The notes: generated by a model from the letters alone, not told the origin. Shown: positions 14,166 through 28,623, numbered from the stretch's first letter. The stretch: 64,000 nt of DNA from Camelus dromedarius (GCF_036321535.1 NC_087444.1:32056001-32120000), one strand, 5' to 3'. Made by a program: numbers and translations.

Positions 14166-14682
14166 TTTTCAACACTGAAGTCCAAGAGATCTTTTCAAAA
14201 TGTAAATCTGGTCATATTGTAATCATGATTTCCATAGCTTTTAGGATACAAGACCCTGAATGGCCTGACCCCAACAGCCTCTCCACATTCACCTCATATC
14301 AGGCTCTCTCCAACTCTGGGCTTCATCTACACTTGCCTTTTTCAGTTTTTCAAATACACAGGGTCTTGGCACATGCTTTCCCAACTCCACCTGGAATACT
14401 TTTCGTCTCTTATTCCTATGTAATCTTAAAGTCTCACATCTAAGCTCACTGTCTCAGGATTCTTTCTTGAGCTTCAATGGCTTAGGTTACATCTATTTTT
14501 ACATGCTTCCCTGTACTCTACACTGAATATACTATAATGGTGAATAGCACCAACTCTAGAGCCAGACTGGATGGATTTTATTCTTTGCTCTGCCACTTTC
14601 TAGCTGTATGATCCTAGGCAAGTCACTTAACCTCTCCAGGCTTCAGTTTCCTCAACTGTAAAAAATGTTTATGGATTAAAAT

Positions 14683-14872
14683 CAGTGGTCTAAATTGGGG
14701 GTGACTTTACCTCCCAATGGACATTTGGCAGTGTTTGGTGACATCACGCTACCAGTATCTAGTGGGGAGAAGCCAGGGATGCTGCTAAACATCCTAAAAT
14801 GTACAGGATCATCCTCCATAACGAAGAAATGACCCAGCTAAAATTCCAATAGTACAGAGGATGAGAAAACCT
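14683..14872. mobile_element. MER20 DNA transposon inserted in a MIR (approximate bounds)
   Basis: cagtggtctaaattgggggtgactttacc...gggatgctgctaaacatccta...gatgagaaaacctg. Confidence 0.7.
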
Positions 14873-15427
14873 GGATTAAATTATTTAGTATTTGTTAAAT
14901 GCTTAGAACAATGTCTGACATATAGTACACAGTATGTATGTGTTACTTATTATTATTTGTCTACTTTTTAGGTCATAGATGCCTCAAAGAAAGAATTATG
15001 TCTTGTTTACTTTGCTTGCTAACATATCCCCAGTACCAAGGACCAGTGCCTGGCACATAATATGTACTCAGTAAAAATTTGTTGATTGAGTCAATACATT
15101 TTTATGTTTGGATTCTCTTTAAATAAGCATATATTACTTTTATTAGAAAAAATTAAGTTTAAAATTTTAGAGTAATTGTTACCTTTGGGGGAGTGAGAAG
15201 AGGAGAGTCACATTGGGGGCTTCGAAAATATTGGTAACGATCTATCATTCTTTACAAAATACAAATTCGCTGTTCACGTGCTTTTGTTTTTCAGCTTTAT
15301 TACATTAAAATAAAAAAGGGTCATGGATAAAGTATTTTTAAAACATAAACCACACTGTAGGAGAGTAGTCTCTGATTCTTGATTACCAATTCAAACTTCT
15401 ATGGGCTAAAGAAAAGAGGATTATTAC

Positions 15428-15486
15428 CTTGGTTCTATTTTTTCTGACGTAGAATTTCTCATCAAGCTGTTCTGGACATGCCGGAA
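15428..15486 (-). CDS. COG4: COG4 exon 8
   Basis: FRHVQNSLMRNSTSEKIEP(R); AG/GT flanks; 59 nt; phases fit exons 7 and 9. Confidence 0.93.
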
Positions 15487-16211
15487 CTGCAACATACCAC
15501 AGAAATGAGAATGCTCTTCCCCTCCCTCCTTCTACTTGCCCCTTGCTGGTCACTCCAAACTTCTGGCATAAGAATGTTTAGGTTTAGTTTGCTTAACAGA
15601 CAAGTCAAAAGTAGGTTCTCAAGATGAGGAGCCAAAGATTTACTTTTGATTTATATGCTAACATTAACCTCTATTATTGCACTTAAAAGTGATGCTAATG
15701 TTGTTCCAATGGACTACTGTCTACAGTCTCCTAGAGTTCTAGAAATAAAATTATATGGGGCTGCCTGTATTTCTAAGTGCTACTCTTGCTTTACCTGCTC
15801 AAAGGAATGGAGAAATAAAGTTCTGAAAAAGTAAATGTTATCTTTAGCACTTAAGGAACTAAGGAGAAATTTGAGACAAGTTACTTAATACTGAATAAGA
15901 AGACCTTAAGAAATAAAATCTCACTATATCACCAGAGGCACTGTTGCACACTCTGTGATAGAGAATTGGTCTAACGTTTCTGTTGTATTCCTTTTAGCTC
16001 TTTTTATTTCCTTTTCAAGTCTTGTACTGAGGTCATCATCACCCTGATAAAACTTCAAGTCCAAAGCAAGCTGCTGAGGGGCATGATGCAGGCTAGTCTG
16101 CATTTGGTATTTTTCTCCCAGCTGCACCTTTTTACTTCCCCCTCCAATTTATTCTATTTGGTGTTGCTGGCTAATGCTGTTTCCAAACCATCTATAAGCT
16201 TCCCTGCTTAC

Positions 16212-16369
16212 CTGCTGGTGGTAATCCCTCTGCTTGATGAACTTGTCTACCACTTTCTCCACCTGCCTGTCACATTCCACCTGCAGATATTTTATCAGGG
16301 TATAAAGTCTCCCTGGCCCATAGTAGGTTTCCACTATTGGTTGGTGGGTCTCCACAATTCTGGCAATCC
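16212..16369 (-). CDS. COG4: COG4 exon 7
   Basis: (G)[52 protein letters not shown]; 158 nt. Confidence 0.96.
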
Positions 16370-16856
16370 CTAGAAGGGAGAACATGAGAGGGTTGAATTC
16401 CAAATATTCTTCCCTGAAGACTAAACTCCTTTCTTCCATCCAGGACTGAACTGGGGTCTAACTCAACCCTTTTTGGTTATCTTACTTCTCAAAATGAATA
16501 CAAATGGTTCTTGTCAGTGCCAGGAGCTAAGCAAATCTGTCTGTTAAATATGCAAAGTGCTGAGTATACCAGCAGGCATTTGATAAATTATACTGATAGT
16601 TTCTACAGGAGCATCTTTTGAAATAAGCATCACTCTCTTCCTAGTCATTGACTTTAGGGTTAAATTCACTCTTAGAGTTTGGGTCTCAAGGGCAAGGAGA
16701 ATCACAACATCTAAGAAATCTAATCTCTACTAATCAGACACTGACTTGGGAAGTTAATTCTCCAATAAATCAATACATAGCAAAGTACAGGATTAAATTA
16801 AAGGCATCAGGCTAGTGAGAAGAAAAGCTAGGATGTAGGTGCTACAAGTGTTTCTA

Positions 16857-17147
<291 letters not shown>

Positions 17148-17947
17148 TCAGGCAAGACAAAGGAATTAACACAGTGATAACTCTTCTTCCATTGAGAAGT
17201 ATAAATAATGCTTTCCTTTTTTTTTTTTTTTTTTCAAAGTTTAACTCAAAGTTATCATTAACGGTGCTTCAGCTGCTGAGCAGGGCAAGGGATCTGGATA
17301 CTGTGGAAGGGACTTTTAAGGGATTAAAAAGGAGAAGCCATTTCCAGGTTCCACATGGAAAAAAAGTACCAGAAAGCAGTTATATTTTATTTTTAGTTAA
17401 TTAATTTTCAGAATGAGTAAAACACACTAAAACATTGAAAAGGAACAAAGAAGTGTTTGGTGAAAAGTAGTTCTTCCTCTCACCTATGTCTCTTGGTCTC
17501 CTAATTCCTCTCTTGAGAGGTAAGCACTATTAACCCTTTCAAAAATATCCTATTTATACAAGCATACATCTGCATTGCCACCTCCCTCATTTTAAACAGA
17601 AATGATAGCATACTGTTATTTGTTTAACTTAACAAACCACATATATTAGAGAGTGAAATATGTCAGCACATATGGAACCATCTCATTTTTCTTAATGGCC
17701 AAATAGTGTTCCATTATACAGAATTTGGGAAGGGGCAGGATGCACTCTGACACATGGTTAAAAAAACCAACACTCTTATGCACATGTGTCTGCTGATACT
17801 TGCTTCTCTCCATCTAAGGTTGGGGAGAAAGGAGGCTAAGACTTTAACTTCAGCCTGTTTGTTTTGTTTTAACTTTGAGTGACCTCACTTGTTTCATCTC
17901 AATTTTTAAGATTCACGCCTGGGTTTTCCACCCACCCTGCAAGTCTT

Positions 17948-18107
17948 TTTTTTTTTTTTAATGCAATTCTTTTTTTTAAAAAAATGATTTATTTATTTTT
18001 TGGGGGTAATTAAGTTTATTTATTTATTTAACGGAGGTACTGGGGATTGAACCCAGGACCTCATGCATGCTAGGTACGCACTCTATCACTGAGCTATACC
18101 CTGCCCC
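17948..18107 (-). mobile_element. tRNA-Ala-derived camelid-type SINE (Vic-1-like)
   Basis: ggaggtactggggattgaacccaggacctcatgcatgctagg...gagctataccc with poly-T tail; TSD tgcaagtctt at 17938-17947 and 18109-18118. Confidence 0.9.
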
Positions 18108-18492
18108 GTGCAAGTCTTATTTTGAGACTCAAGCCTTGTTATGTAGTCTTAAAATCACGAATCAACATCTCTGAATGCTCTTAAGAAGCCAGTTCCCGGC
18201 TGACAGCCTGGAAGGGGTGATTCAACTTGTCAGAGAGTTTGCATTTTAATTTTCCTATACCTTCTGTTCGTCTGCTGCAAATAAATGTACATCAGCAGAT
18301 GTCGAGGCTATGCCTGGTACACAGCTGACTGGCAATGGATAAGTGTTGAATGAATGTATGCAGCCAGTCCTGCTAGGGTACAGCACAAAAGGGGAGTCAA
18401 ATCCAGAGGTGAAAAAGTATCCACAGACACTGAATCTATCCAGTGCCCCAATCTGCAGGCAGGAACTGTACCATTATCTTGCCAAACAATCA

Positions 18493-19300
<808 letters not shown>

Positions 19301-19500
19301 AAGGAACCCACTGGCCAGAGGAACAGCAGATCTAGTTTCAGTTTCCTTTTCTATAACGTAGGAAGGACATCTGCTTTGGGATGATCTAAGACCATATTGG
19401 GTCTGGTGTCAGACAAGGAAATTTTCTAACAGATGCCCTTTTCCTGGCTGAGTTTGCTTAGTTCAGATTACAGATGCCTGTAACTAAACGAAACATTTCA

Positions 19501-19773
<273 letters not shown>

Positions 19774-20264
19774 CTATTCTTTAAAGAAAAAATCTCTCCA
19801 GAAGGTAGGGAGTTTCAGGGGCTGAATCTGGTTACCAGAGGTCCTTTTTAGCTTTCACTGGTAAACTAAAATCACACTTCCACTCACGAAACTTTTTGGC
19901 CATGGTCAGTACCACCAGAAGGTATCATACAACTTTATTTATGTGACCAGCATTTATTTTACTAGAGGCAGGAATGGGGATAATCCATATTTATGCTTGG
20001 CTTATATTGTTAAATTTATAACACACAGAATATATTTGATATTTTGGGAAGATGACACTGTAAACCAAGTAATGAAGTAAGCAAAATATGTGGAAAGTAT
20101 TTTCTTTTAGAATAAGCAAGAGTGTTTCAAAAAAAACTTTAATATGTGAGTTGGTGGCTGTGTGATAAGTTATTTTGGCAGAATGTGAACAAATAGAGAA
20201 GAGTTATGCTATTTCACAGGTGCAAGCTGAGGCTGGGACTGACTTGTTCAAGAGCCCAGATCCT

Positions 20265-21120
20265 ATGCTATTCAATACAGCAGCCACTAACGACCTTTGG
20301 CTACTGAGTGCTTGAAACATGACTAGTCCAAATTAAGATGTATATGTGTAAAATACATACTGAATCTCAAAGGATTAGTACAAAAATAAATAAGGTAAAA
20401 CATCTCATTAATACTATTTTATAGTAATAACATATTTAAATGGTATTTTGGATATGATAAGTTAAACAAATACGTTAAATTGTTAAAATTATTTTCATCT
20501 ATTTCTGTTTCACTTTTTAAGAACAGTCACTGGAAAATTTTAAATTAAATATGTGGTTTGTATTAGATTTCTTCTTTTCCAATCTGCATGACTTCTATTT
20601 CATTTTCCTGACTAACTGCCCTGGCTAGAACCTCCAATACAATGTTGAAGAGAAGCAGCAAAAGCTAACATCCTTATTTTATTCCTGATCTTGTGGGTGA
20701 AGTACTTAGTCTTTCACCAATAAGTATGATGTTAGCTGTGGGTTTTTCATAGATGCCCTTTCTCAGGTTGAGGAAGTTCCTTCTGACAAGTTTGTTGAAT
20801 GTGTTTGTTGAAAGGAGTGTTGGATTTTGTCAAATGCTTTTATTGAGTCTATGAGATGATCATGTGCTTTTGTCCTTTATTCCATTGATATGGTTTTTTA
20901 CATTAATTGATTTTTAGATGCTAAACCAACCTTGCATGCCTGGGATCAATCCCACTTGATCACAGTACAGTCTTTTTTATATGTTGCTATAATTTGGTTT
21001 GTTAGTGTTGTTGAGGATTTGTATGTCTATATTCATAACAGATATTGGTGTGGAGTTTTCTTGTGATATCTTTGTCTAGTTTTGGTACCTTCCATTAGGT
21101 TTCTATTGGATGGTGCAGCT
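20265..21120. mobile_element. MER33-like DNA transposon split by a minus-strand L1 ORF2 fragment (~20565-21085)
   Basis: MER33-like ends (tgctattcaatacagcagccacta ... tttctattggatggtgc). Internal L1 reverse sequence ctggctagaacctccaatacaatgttgaa...gttgaggaagttccttct. Confidence 0.7.
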
Positions 21121-21190
21121 TTAACTTTTAATGTGGTGGCTTCTCTAATGCCCTCTACTAACTCAAATATCAAGAGTTCAATAGGATTAC

Positions 21191-21305
21191 CTTGGCCAGG
21201 TCAAGCTGACGGACTTTGCTAGACACATTCTCAGCTAGGTTGCAAGTAAAGGTGATCATTCCTGCCAGCTGCTTTGCATCTCCTTCAATCAACTGCAGGT
21301 TGGGA
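21191..21305 (-). CDS. COG4: COG4 exon 3
   Basis: [38 protein letters not shown]; 115 nt. Confidence 0.96.
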
Positions 21306-21654
21306 CTGGAAACACACATTGTCAGCACACATAGTCACAGGGGTAGATGGTAGAAGAGGCGGAAAATTTTTTGTAGATGGAGACTATGTCTTCTACTACT
21401 TTTGTACCTCCCCAAGACTCTTAGCTCTGCTCACTCCATTGCTTTGTATGAGTGCTTACTGAAAACTCAGGCCTAACTTAATAAAAAATTCATTTCAGTA
21501 ACTACTAAAGATACCTGTAAATAGGTACTGCCAAAGAAGTAGAGTACAGATTCTTCCAATTGCTAAGTGAACATAAAATGCACTAACCAACAATCTAAGA
21601 AGATGATGAAATCAACAATTTTTATGACGAACAAATATACAAAGCCTATAAAAA

Positions 21655-21837
21655 CAGTGGTCCTCAAACTTGAGCCATACATCAGAATCACCTGGTATGC
21701 CTGTAAAGATAGAGATTCCATGGCCCCATTCCCAGAGTTTCTGCTATACTAGGTTTGGACTGAGGCCCCAGAATTTGCATTTCTAACAAGTTTCCAAATG
21801 ATGTTGATACTTGCTGGTCCAAGTACACTTTGAGAAC
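21655..21837. mobile_element. MER5A DNA transposon
   Basis: cagtggtcctcaaactt...atcagaatcacctgg...gaatttgcatttctaacaagtt...cactttgagaac. Confidence 0.8.
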
Positions 21838-21996
21838 AAATTAACTATGTCCTTAGGTATTCACTTTACCTGGAGGTAATGCTCCTGTTCAATTCAAACT
21901 CAACTGACACTGTATAACAGAAATTTAGGAAAAATAATAACTTATCCAGTGGACCCTGATGGAATTTACAATAGCTCTTGCTGAGATGAAGACTCA

Positions 21997-22134
<138 letters not shown>

Positions 22135-23901
22135 TTATCTACTCCAGCTACTTAGCTGAAGGGTAAATCCCATTTCAAATGTCTTTCCTTTCACCAAGTT
22201 CCCTTAGGACTTTAACAACACTTCATTTTTGCATTTATCATATTACATAATAATTGTTACCTTATGTGCATCTTACTCCATCTAGGAGGTGAACACCACA
22301 AAGGGAGGAAATAAACCTTAATCCAATTTCATTAGCATAGTGGCTAACACAGGAAGGAATTTAAAATATAAAGGCTAAAATAAAAAATGAGACATCTAAA
22401 GTGTCATTTGTAAAGTCTCTTCCAGTGTATAGTCAATACTCAGAAAGTATAAGAATAATTCTCTCTCAGTCAAGTCTTTTACTGCATTACCTTAACTAAT
22501 GTAACCTTCTTATGCTTGAGTTTCCTCATCGGTAAAATGGGGATAGGAATGTATAACCCACAGGACTGCTGTGCTGTGTGAGCCAAACAAGACAACATAT
22601 ACAAGGTGCTTAACATAGCATGTGGTATATGGCAATAATAGCCACTAGTATTAGCTATACAAGCACAGGGAATTATATTCAATATCTTTTAATAACCTAT
22701 AACAGCAGACAATCTGAATAATATACATATATATACATACATACACATATATAACTGAATCGCTTTCCTGTACACCTGAAACATTGTAAATCAACTATAC
22801 TTCCATTAAAAAAAGCTATACATTTCTATTAAAATTAGTCCAGTAGGATCCAGAGGGAAACTTGCCCTCAACAGTCATCAAATAAAAAAACAAAACTAAT
22901 ATGTTGCCTCTAAAATTGACTTAATTTTCCCCCCAAAGTATTGATTGACTCAATAAATGCAAGTTCAGGAATGTTAAGCCAAGAGTATTGAGTTTTATAA
23001 AGCACATCTTGCTGAAAGATGTATCAGAAACTGCTGGAGTTGGTGGAAGTTAATATTTCCAAAAAAAAAAAACTCAATAGTATCAATGACTCCTCCACCC
23101 CCATGCTGAAACTGCCTTTTGTGCTCAACCTTAGTAAAAGTTTGGTTTAGGGAACAGCTAATAAACTTTCAGATCAGAGCTCAGACCTTTTTTGTTTTTT
23201 CTTCCGACTGGCCAAGGAACCTAACTGACATTCAAAAATGTATTGACAGCATTAAGTTGCACAGAAAAGTGAAGGCTGCAAGGAATCTTCAACAAAACAT
23301 AGCCCATGCCCCTCATTTGACACTACGCAGAGGTACAAGAGATGAAGTGAGCTGTACAAGAAGAGATAGTTGTGCCTGAATCTTAAAATCTCAAGCTTCT
23401 ACAAAGTCCTGCATTTAAGTGAAACGCTAAACTTACACCCCAAAATCATTCCCAAGAGGAAGTCTTAAAACGCTTCAAGTTTATTTGCTGTGATTTCTCG
23501 CTTAGATGAGATAATGGAGTGAAAGTGTTTCATGATTTTTTAAATTGCTAAGCCGTTGCAAAAGGGCCTTTATTCTTATTCTGAGAAGCAAGGGAGTCGG
23601 CGTATACTCTGAAGTCTAACTTTAGTGGAGAAATGTAGCGTTAAGAGAAATCAAAGGGGCGCGGGGGTGGGGCAGATCACTCGGACAACAGGAAAACATG
23701 CTTGGAGGCATCAGACCGAGTGAACAGAGAGATGTCAGGTCCCCGCAACCACACTCAACTACATTCCTGCTTCTCGAGTAAGTGCTTTTCTGTTTCCTTG
23801 GCAAGAAGAGAACTTCCTACATTTCACATTTCCCAAGACTGAAGGCTCCTAGTCCCACTGCCCTTGCATTTTCCTGGAAAAAAGAGGCTCAGCTCCCCCA
23901 C

Positions 23902-24072
23902 CTCCTCGCCGCAGAGCCGTTCGTACACAGCTTCCAGCTCGTGCAGCTCGGTCAGAGAGCAAATGAGCTCGGTGGAGATTTCCGAGCAGCGGTCTCCTCC
24001 CACCCCTTCAGGTGGCGAAGACACCCCTGATAGCTTCTGAGGAGAATCGACGTCCGCCATCTTGGTCCTCAT
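23902..24072 (-). CDS. COG4: COG4 exon 1 coding part (second in-frame ATG at 24060)
   Basis: [16 protein letters not shown]...[32 protein letters not shown]; 171 nt. Confidence 0.93.
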
Positions 24073-24420
24073 TCTACGTTTCCGGCCCGACGAGGCCCCC
24101 TCCTCGTTGGCGCGCCACGTCTTTGGGGCTGCCCACGGAAGTGCCCAATGAGTTTATAATTTTTAAAAGTCTACTTAAAAGGGTCTATTCATTTTATATT
24201 CTCCTGGAAAAAGTGACGATCATAAAGTATGTTTGAGTAATTTTTAATGCGGCGTGGAAGCCAAATAGAAGCGTTAAAAAATTATATATACATTCTTCAG
24301 GCGCCGGTCGGGGACTTTTTCCGTCGCCCGCCAACCGGAAGGTTTCTGTCTTAGGACTTAATGGCGGACGCCGGCAGAGTGGCACTGGCGGTTGCCTAGG
24401 TCTTAAAGGAACTCAGAATC
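24050..24420. promoter_or_regulatory. COG4/SF3B3 bidirectional CpG-rich promoter
   Basis: Head-to-head genes and local CpG enrichment. ETS-type CCGGAA at 24080-24085(-) and 24335-24340(+), CGGAAGT near 24136; YY1-type ATGGCG on both sides; E2F-like TTGGCGCGCCA at 24107-24117. Confidence 0.85.
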
Positions 24421-24454
24421 TGTAGGATATCTACTCCATCCTCCCGGCTGCAGG
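24340..24454 (+). other. SF3B3: SF3B3 non-coding exon 1 (start approximate)
   Basis: Lies directly after the promoter and ends in a plausible donor CTGCAGG|GTAAAG. The TSS cannot be fixed from sequence alone. Confidence 0.6.
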
Positions 24455-25296
24455 GTAAAGAAACAGCTTCCCTGCTTCCCTGAGTCCAGGGAGGCGGAAA
24501 GCGGCCATGTAGGAGGGTGCGCCGAGGCTTTGGTAGGGGTTTTTGAGGCAGCTTAGGCCCGAGAGGTACGGGCAAAGGACGAGGAGGTGGTGGAGGGGAA
24601 TGTTTGGGGCGGCTTTAGGGAATCGTCTCCCGCTTCTGTTCACAGTGTGGGAACAAGGCCTAGCTCAAAATAAGCGTTCTAGAGACTGCATAGGTTTTAG
24701 ACCCTGAGGGAGGTTTGAGAAGGGGCAGGAGAGACCCCCCTCCCCCGGAGAAAGTAAACGACACACTGACGGTAAGGTGGAAAGGTCGAGAGTGTTAAAA
24801 CGTGTAAACGAAAACAGCTTTTAGAACCAAGGCCTTGTTTTGTATTTGTGTTTTGGTACTTGGGCAAGTTATTTCCTTCTCTGATCCTCAGTTTTATCAT
24901 TTGCAGAGTGGGGACAATATCTGTCTTGAAGACTTTGCGGAGTTTAAATACGGTGGTGTTCTTTTGGCCCTTGGAGAAGGGGTGGAGGGCAATCACCGGC
25001 TCATCTATAAAACTAGTGTAATACTGAGTGCTTAATAGGTTTCTTGTGAGAAAAGCAGAGTAAATGGCATTAGTACCTGGCAAATAGAAGGCACTAATTA
25101 TAAATATGTTGTTCCTCTTACTCTATTGATTCTACTGCCTTTATCCAGAAGTTCCCATACAAGAATAAAAATGTCTGTTAAAATAACATTTTCACAGCTG
25201 ATGTTTTTCTGCTTTTATGTACTCTTAGATTGCTTTGACTTGATAGAACTAAGACCTGGATTGTGGAGTTGTGGGTGACTCAGTGTTAATGCGACC

Positions 25297-25366
25297 ATGT
25301 TCCTGTACAATTTGACCTTGCAGCGAGCCACTGGCATCAGCTTTGCCATTCATGGCAACTTCTCTG
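25297..25366 (+). CDS. SF3B3: SF3B3 exon 2 coding part (exon probably starts 25229)
   Basis: accATG; MFLYNLTLQRATGISFAIHGNFS-G|GTAAGT; 70 nt. Confidence 0.96.
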
Positions 25367-26290
25367 GTAAGTCCTTCAGTTACTGAGTTTAATTTTTTTT
25401 TTTAACATTTTTTAATATTACTACGTTTATGCTTCAACTTGCTTTTCAAAATGTAAACTTTTATTTCTAAAACAAATTACAGGGAAGAAACTTTAATCAT
25501 CAGACAGTGTAATGGATATAGATAGGATAAGAAGCCATTTAGGCATTAGTGAATACCTGTGCTAGGGCAGTGAGGATAGAAAGAAAGAAGAATATGAGTT
25601 TGCAGCCTGAGTGGCAGAGAAAATGACAGTAACATTTATAGCAGGTTACTTGAGACCAGAGAAGGTGTTTGGCAAAGGAGGAACTTAGTTATTTTAAATA
25701 TTTAGTTTAAAGTTGATGACAGCTTACCCATGTGGAATTATATAGCAGGGAGAAATCTGGACAAGTTTTTGTTACGTATTTGTAGGTGCTGACTGCAGTT
25801 ATGAAAGCAAGTGAATTTTTTAGGAGTGAGTTTAGAAGTAAACATAATACATTATGAGATGGCAGTGTTAAAAATTCTGTGAGATCCAATATCAAAGTTC
25901 ACAAAAAGTTAATACGATTTCTTAGAACAGTACCCTTAAAGGTGGGCTACACGGAGCATATGGAAATTTTAAATTTTATGAAGCTAAACAATCTGTGTTA
26001 ACGTTTATAGGCAACTCCTAATTATGCAGATCGAGGACAAATCTTAGAAAAATAAAAAGGAAGTTAAATACCATATAGCTTGTGACCATTTTGGAAAGTT
26101 TTTCTTTGATACCACTGTTAGATGATTTAAATTCTAGGAAAATTACCTTTTAAAGTAGAATAAATTAACTTAAAATACTAAGCCCCCAACTCATTTAATT
26201 ATATTTATCTTTAGTGTCATTTTGATCCATCCAGATTACTTTTTGGAGTAGTTCTTACTGTTCATGATCTTTATTTTTTGTGTTATTTAG

Positions 26291-26617
26291 GAACCAAACA
26301 ACAAGAAATTGTTGTTTCCCGGGGGAAGATCTTGGAGTTGCTTCGCCCTGACCCCAACACTGGCAAAGTACACACTCTACTAACTGTGGAAGTATTTGGT
26401 GTTATTCGTTCACTCATGGCTTTTAGGCTGACGGGTGGCACAAAAGACTACATTGTGGTTGGCAGTGACTCAGGTCGGATTGTTATCCTAGAATACCAGC
26501 CATCTAAGAACATGTTTGAAAAAATTCACCAAGAAACCTTTGGCAAGAGTGGATGCCGCCGCATTGTTCCTGGCCAGTTCTTAGCTGTGGATCCCAAAGG
26601 GCGAGCAGTTATGATTA
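26291..26617 (+). CDS. SF3B3: SF3B3 exon 3
   Basis: [25 protein letters not shown]...DPKGRAVMI; 327 nt. Confidence 0.97.
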
Positions 26618-26913
26618 GTGAGTGCCTTTTTCTGTTGACTCTTTGACTCTTATAGAAGCTCAGTTTAGAATAACAATGTTGTGTTCTTGTCACTGTGCCA
26701 AGAAATTACTCAACCGGGTGAAGTTTGGATTATTTTGGATTAACTCCTTAACTTAAAGCTGCTTTTCCTTTTAAAACAATGGGGAGAGTTACAGTACACT
26801 TTTTTTTTACTTATCTAGGTGGAAATAGATGTTTTTCCAATTCTTTCTCTGTAGCAAAAAGACTACACTGAAAGATTTTTTATTATTAGACAATGAATAT
26901 GGTTGCTTTCATC

Positions 26914-26989
26914 AGCCTGAAGTGATGAGTCACATTCATGTCTCTTCTCTGATAAATCTCTTGAAGAAAATTGTGTATCTGATCAGGCT
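26914..26989 (+). ncRNA. SNORD111B: Box C/D snoRNA, SNORD111B-like
   Basis: C box GTGATGA 26922-26928, D' CTGA 26949-26952, D CTGA 26979-26982, terminal stem agcctga/tcaggct. Guide tcatgtctcttc is complementary to 28S rRNA GAAGAGACAUGA. SF3B3 is the known host of this family. Confidence 0.9.
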
Positions 26990-27308
26990 TCCAGAGGGCA
27001 ACCCTCTCTGACCAGTCACAAAATCATTAGATCTAGTTCAGAGAATAAAACTGGCAATTTTATGAATTGTTTAGTTTGTCATAAAAAGTTTTGAAGAGTT
27101 AGGATATTAAGATCCCTATTAGGAAGAATAGGTAAAATTACGCTCTTGTCTACTTTAATGAGAGCAAAATCCTAAGTTAATACATTTGTAGAGTTAGTGC
27201 TGGGTATTAATGATTTTTCAGAAAATAATCGTGATGTGAATCTAGCTTTTCTGCAGCCCCTCTTTTCATTATCTGGAGTCTTTTTTTATGTTTTGTCACC
27301 AACAACAG

Positions 27309-27481
27309 GTGCTATTGAGAAACAGAAATTGGTGTATATCTTGAACAGAGATGCTGCAGCCCGGCTTACCATTTCTTCTCCCCTGGAGGCCCACAAAGCA
27401 AACACTTTAGTGTATCATGTTGTTGGAGTAGATGTGGGATTTGAAAATCCAATGTTTGCTTGTCTGGAAATGGATTATGAG
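27309..27481 (+). CDS. SF3B3: SF3B3 exon 4
   Basis: AIEKQKLVYILNRDAAARLTISSPLEAHK...CLEMDYE; 173 nt. Confidence 0.97.
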
Positions 27482-28025
27482 GTAATGGAGGAGTATCCAT
27501 CTCTCTTTGTTTTTCTCCTCTCCCCCTCTCTCCTCCTCTCCCCCTCTCTCCTTTGGATTTCTTCCATTCACCTTGGTGCTTTCCTGAGATTTTCTTCATT
27601 GTACATGTCTTTTAGCTTACTTGCTCACAAGTTTTTTCTGTATTCAAATGCTCTACTGAAGTACTTTGGAATGTTTCAGGGTTTACCTGACTATATAATA
27701 GCACTTTGTTCTGATTTGAACAATCTACCTTTGGAAATGGTATTTACTGGGGAAAGATGCCCAAAAAGAAGATGAAACTGTATTTGGGATATTTTGTCAC
27801 TGGGAGGTAGTGAAGAGTGGGGCATACCATTTTTCCCCTTGAATGAAAGGCAGTATTCTCTAGTAGAGCTAACCTTGGTCCCAGAAATAGAAGATCTGGG
27901 GTTTTGCTCCCATCCTGCCATTACTCAGTAGTATGAACTTTGCAAACCATTTGTTATCTGTGGACCTCTCCTTCCTTATTTGTTAAGTAGAGGAATCCTG
28001 ATGCCCTTTTCAGCCCTAAAAGTTT

Positions 28026-28421
28026 TTTATTAAAAAAAAATTTTTTTTTTGAAGTACAGTTTACTGTGTCAATTTCTGGTGTTCATACATGTATTCTTTT
28101 TCATTATTTTTCATTATGGTTTAGTACAAGATAATGCATATAGTTTCCTGTGCTATACAGAAGAAACTTTTTGTTTATCTATTTTATATGTACTACTTAA
28201 TATTTGCAAATCTCAAATTCCCAATTTATCCCTTCCCACCCTGTTTTTCTCTGATAACCATGAGATTGTTTACTACGTCTGTGAGTCTGTTTCTGTTTTG
28301 TAGATAAGTTCATTGGTGTCTTTCTTTTTTTAGATTCCACTATGAGTCATATATGGTATTTTTCTTTCTCCTTCTGGCTTAGAATGACAGCTTCCAGGTC
28401 CATCCATGTTGCTGCAAATGT
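28026..28421 (-). mobile_element. 5'-truncated L1 3' end with TSD
   Basis: Poly-T tail then L1 3'UTR reverse sequence (ccaggtccatccatgttgctgcaaatg); TSD cag(c/t)cctaaaagttt at 28011-28025 and 28422-28436. Confidence 0.8.
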
Positions 28422-28481
28422 CAGTCCTAAAAGTTTGATTTTATGGTACTGATTAATCTTTATGCCACTGTTAATCTATAG

Positions 28482-28623
28482 GAAGCAGACAATGATCCAA
28501 CTGGGGAAGCAGCAGCTAATACCCAGCAGACACTTACTTTCTATGAGTTAGACCTTGGTTTAAATCATGTGGTCCGAAAATACAGTGAACCTTTAGAAGA
28601 ACATGGCAACTTCCTTATTACAG
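28482..28623 (+). CDS. SF3B3: SF3B3 exon 5
   Basis: EADNDPTGEAAANTQQTLTFYELDLGLNHVVRKYSEPLEEHGNFLIT; 142 nt. Confidence 0.97.
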
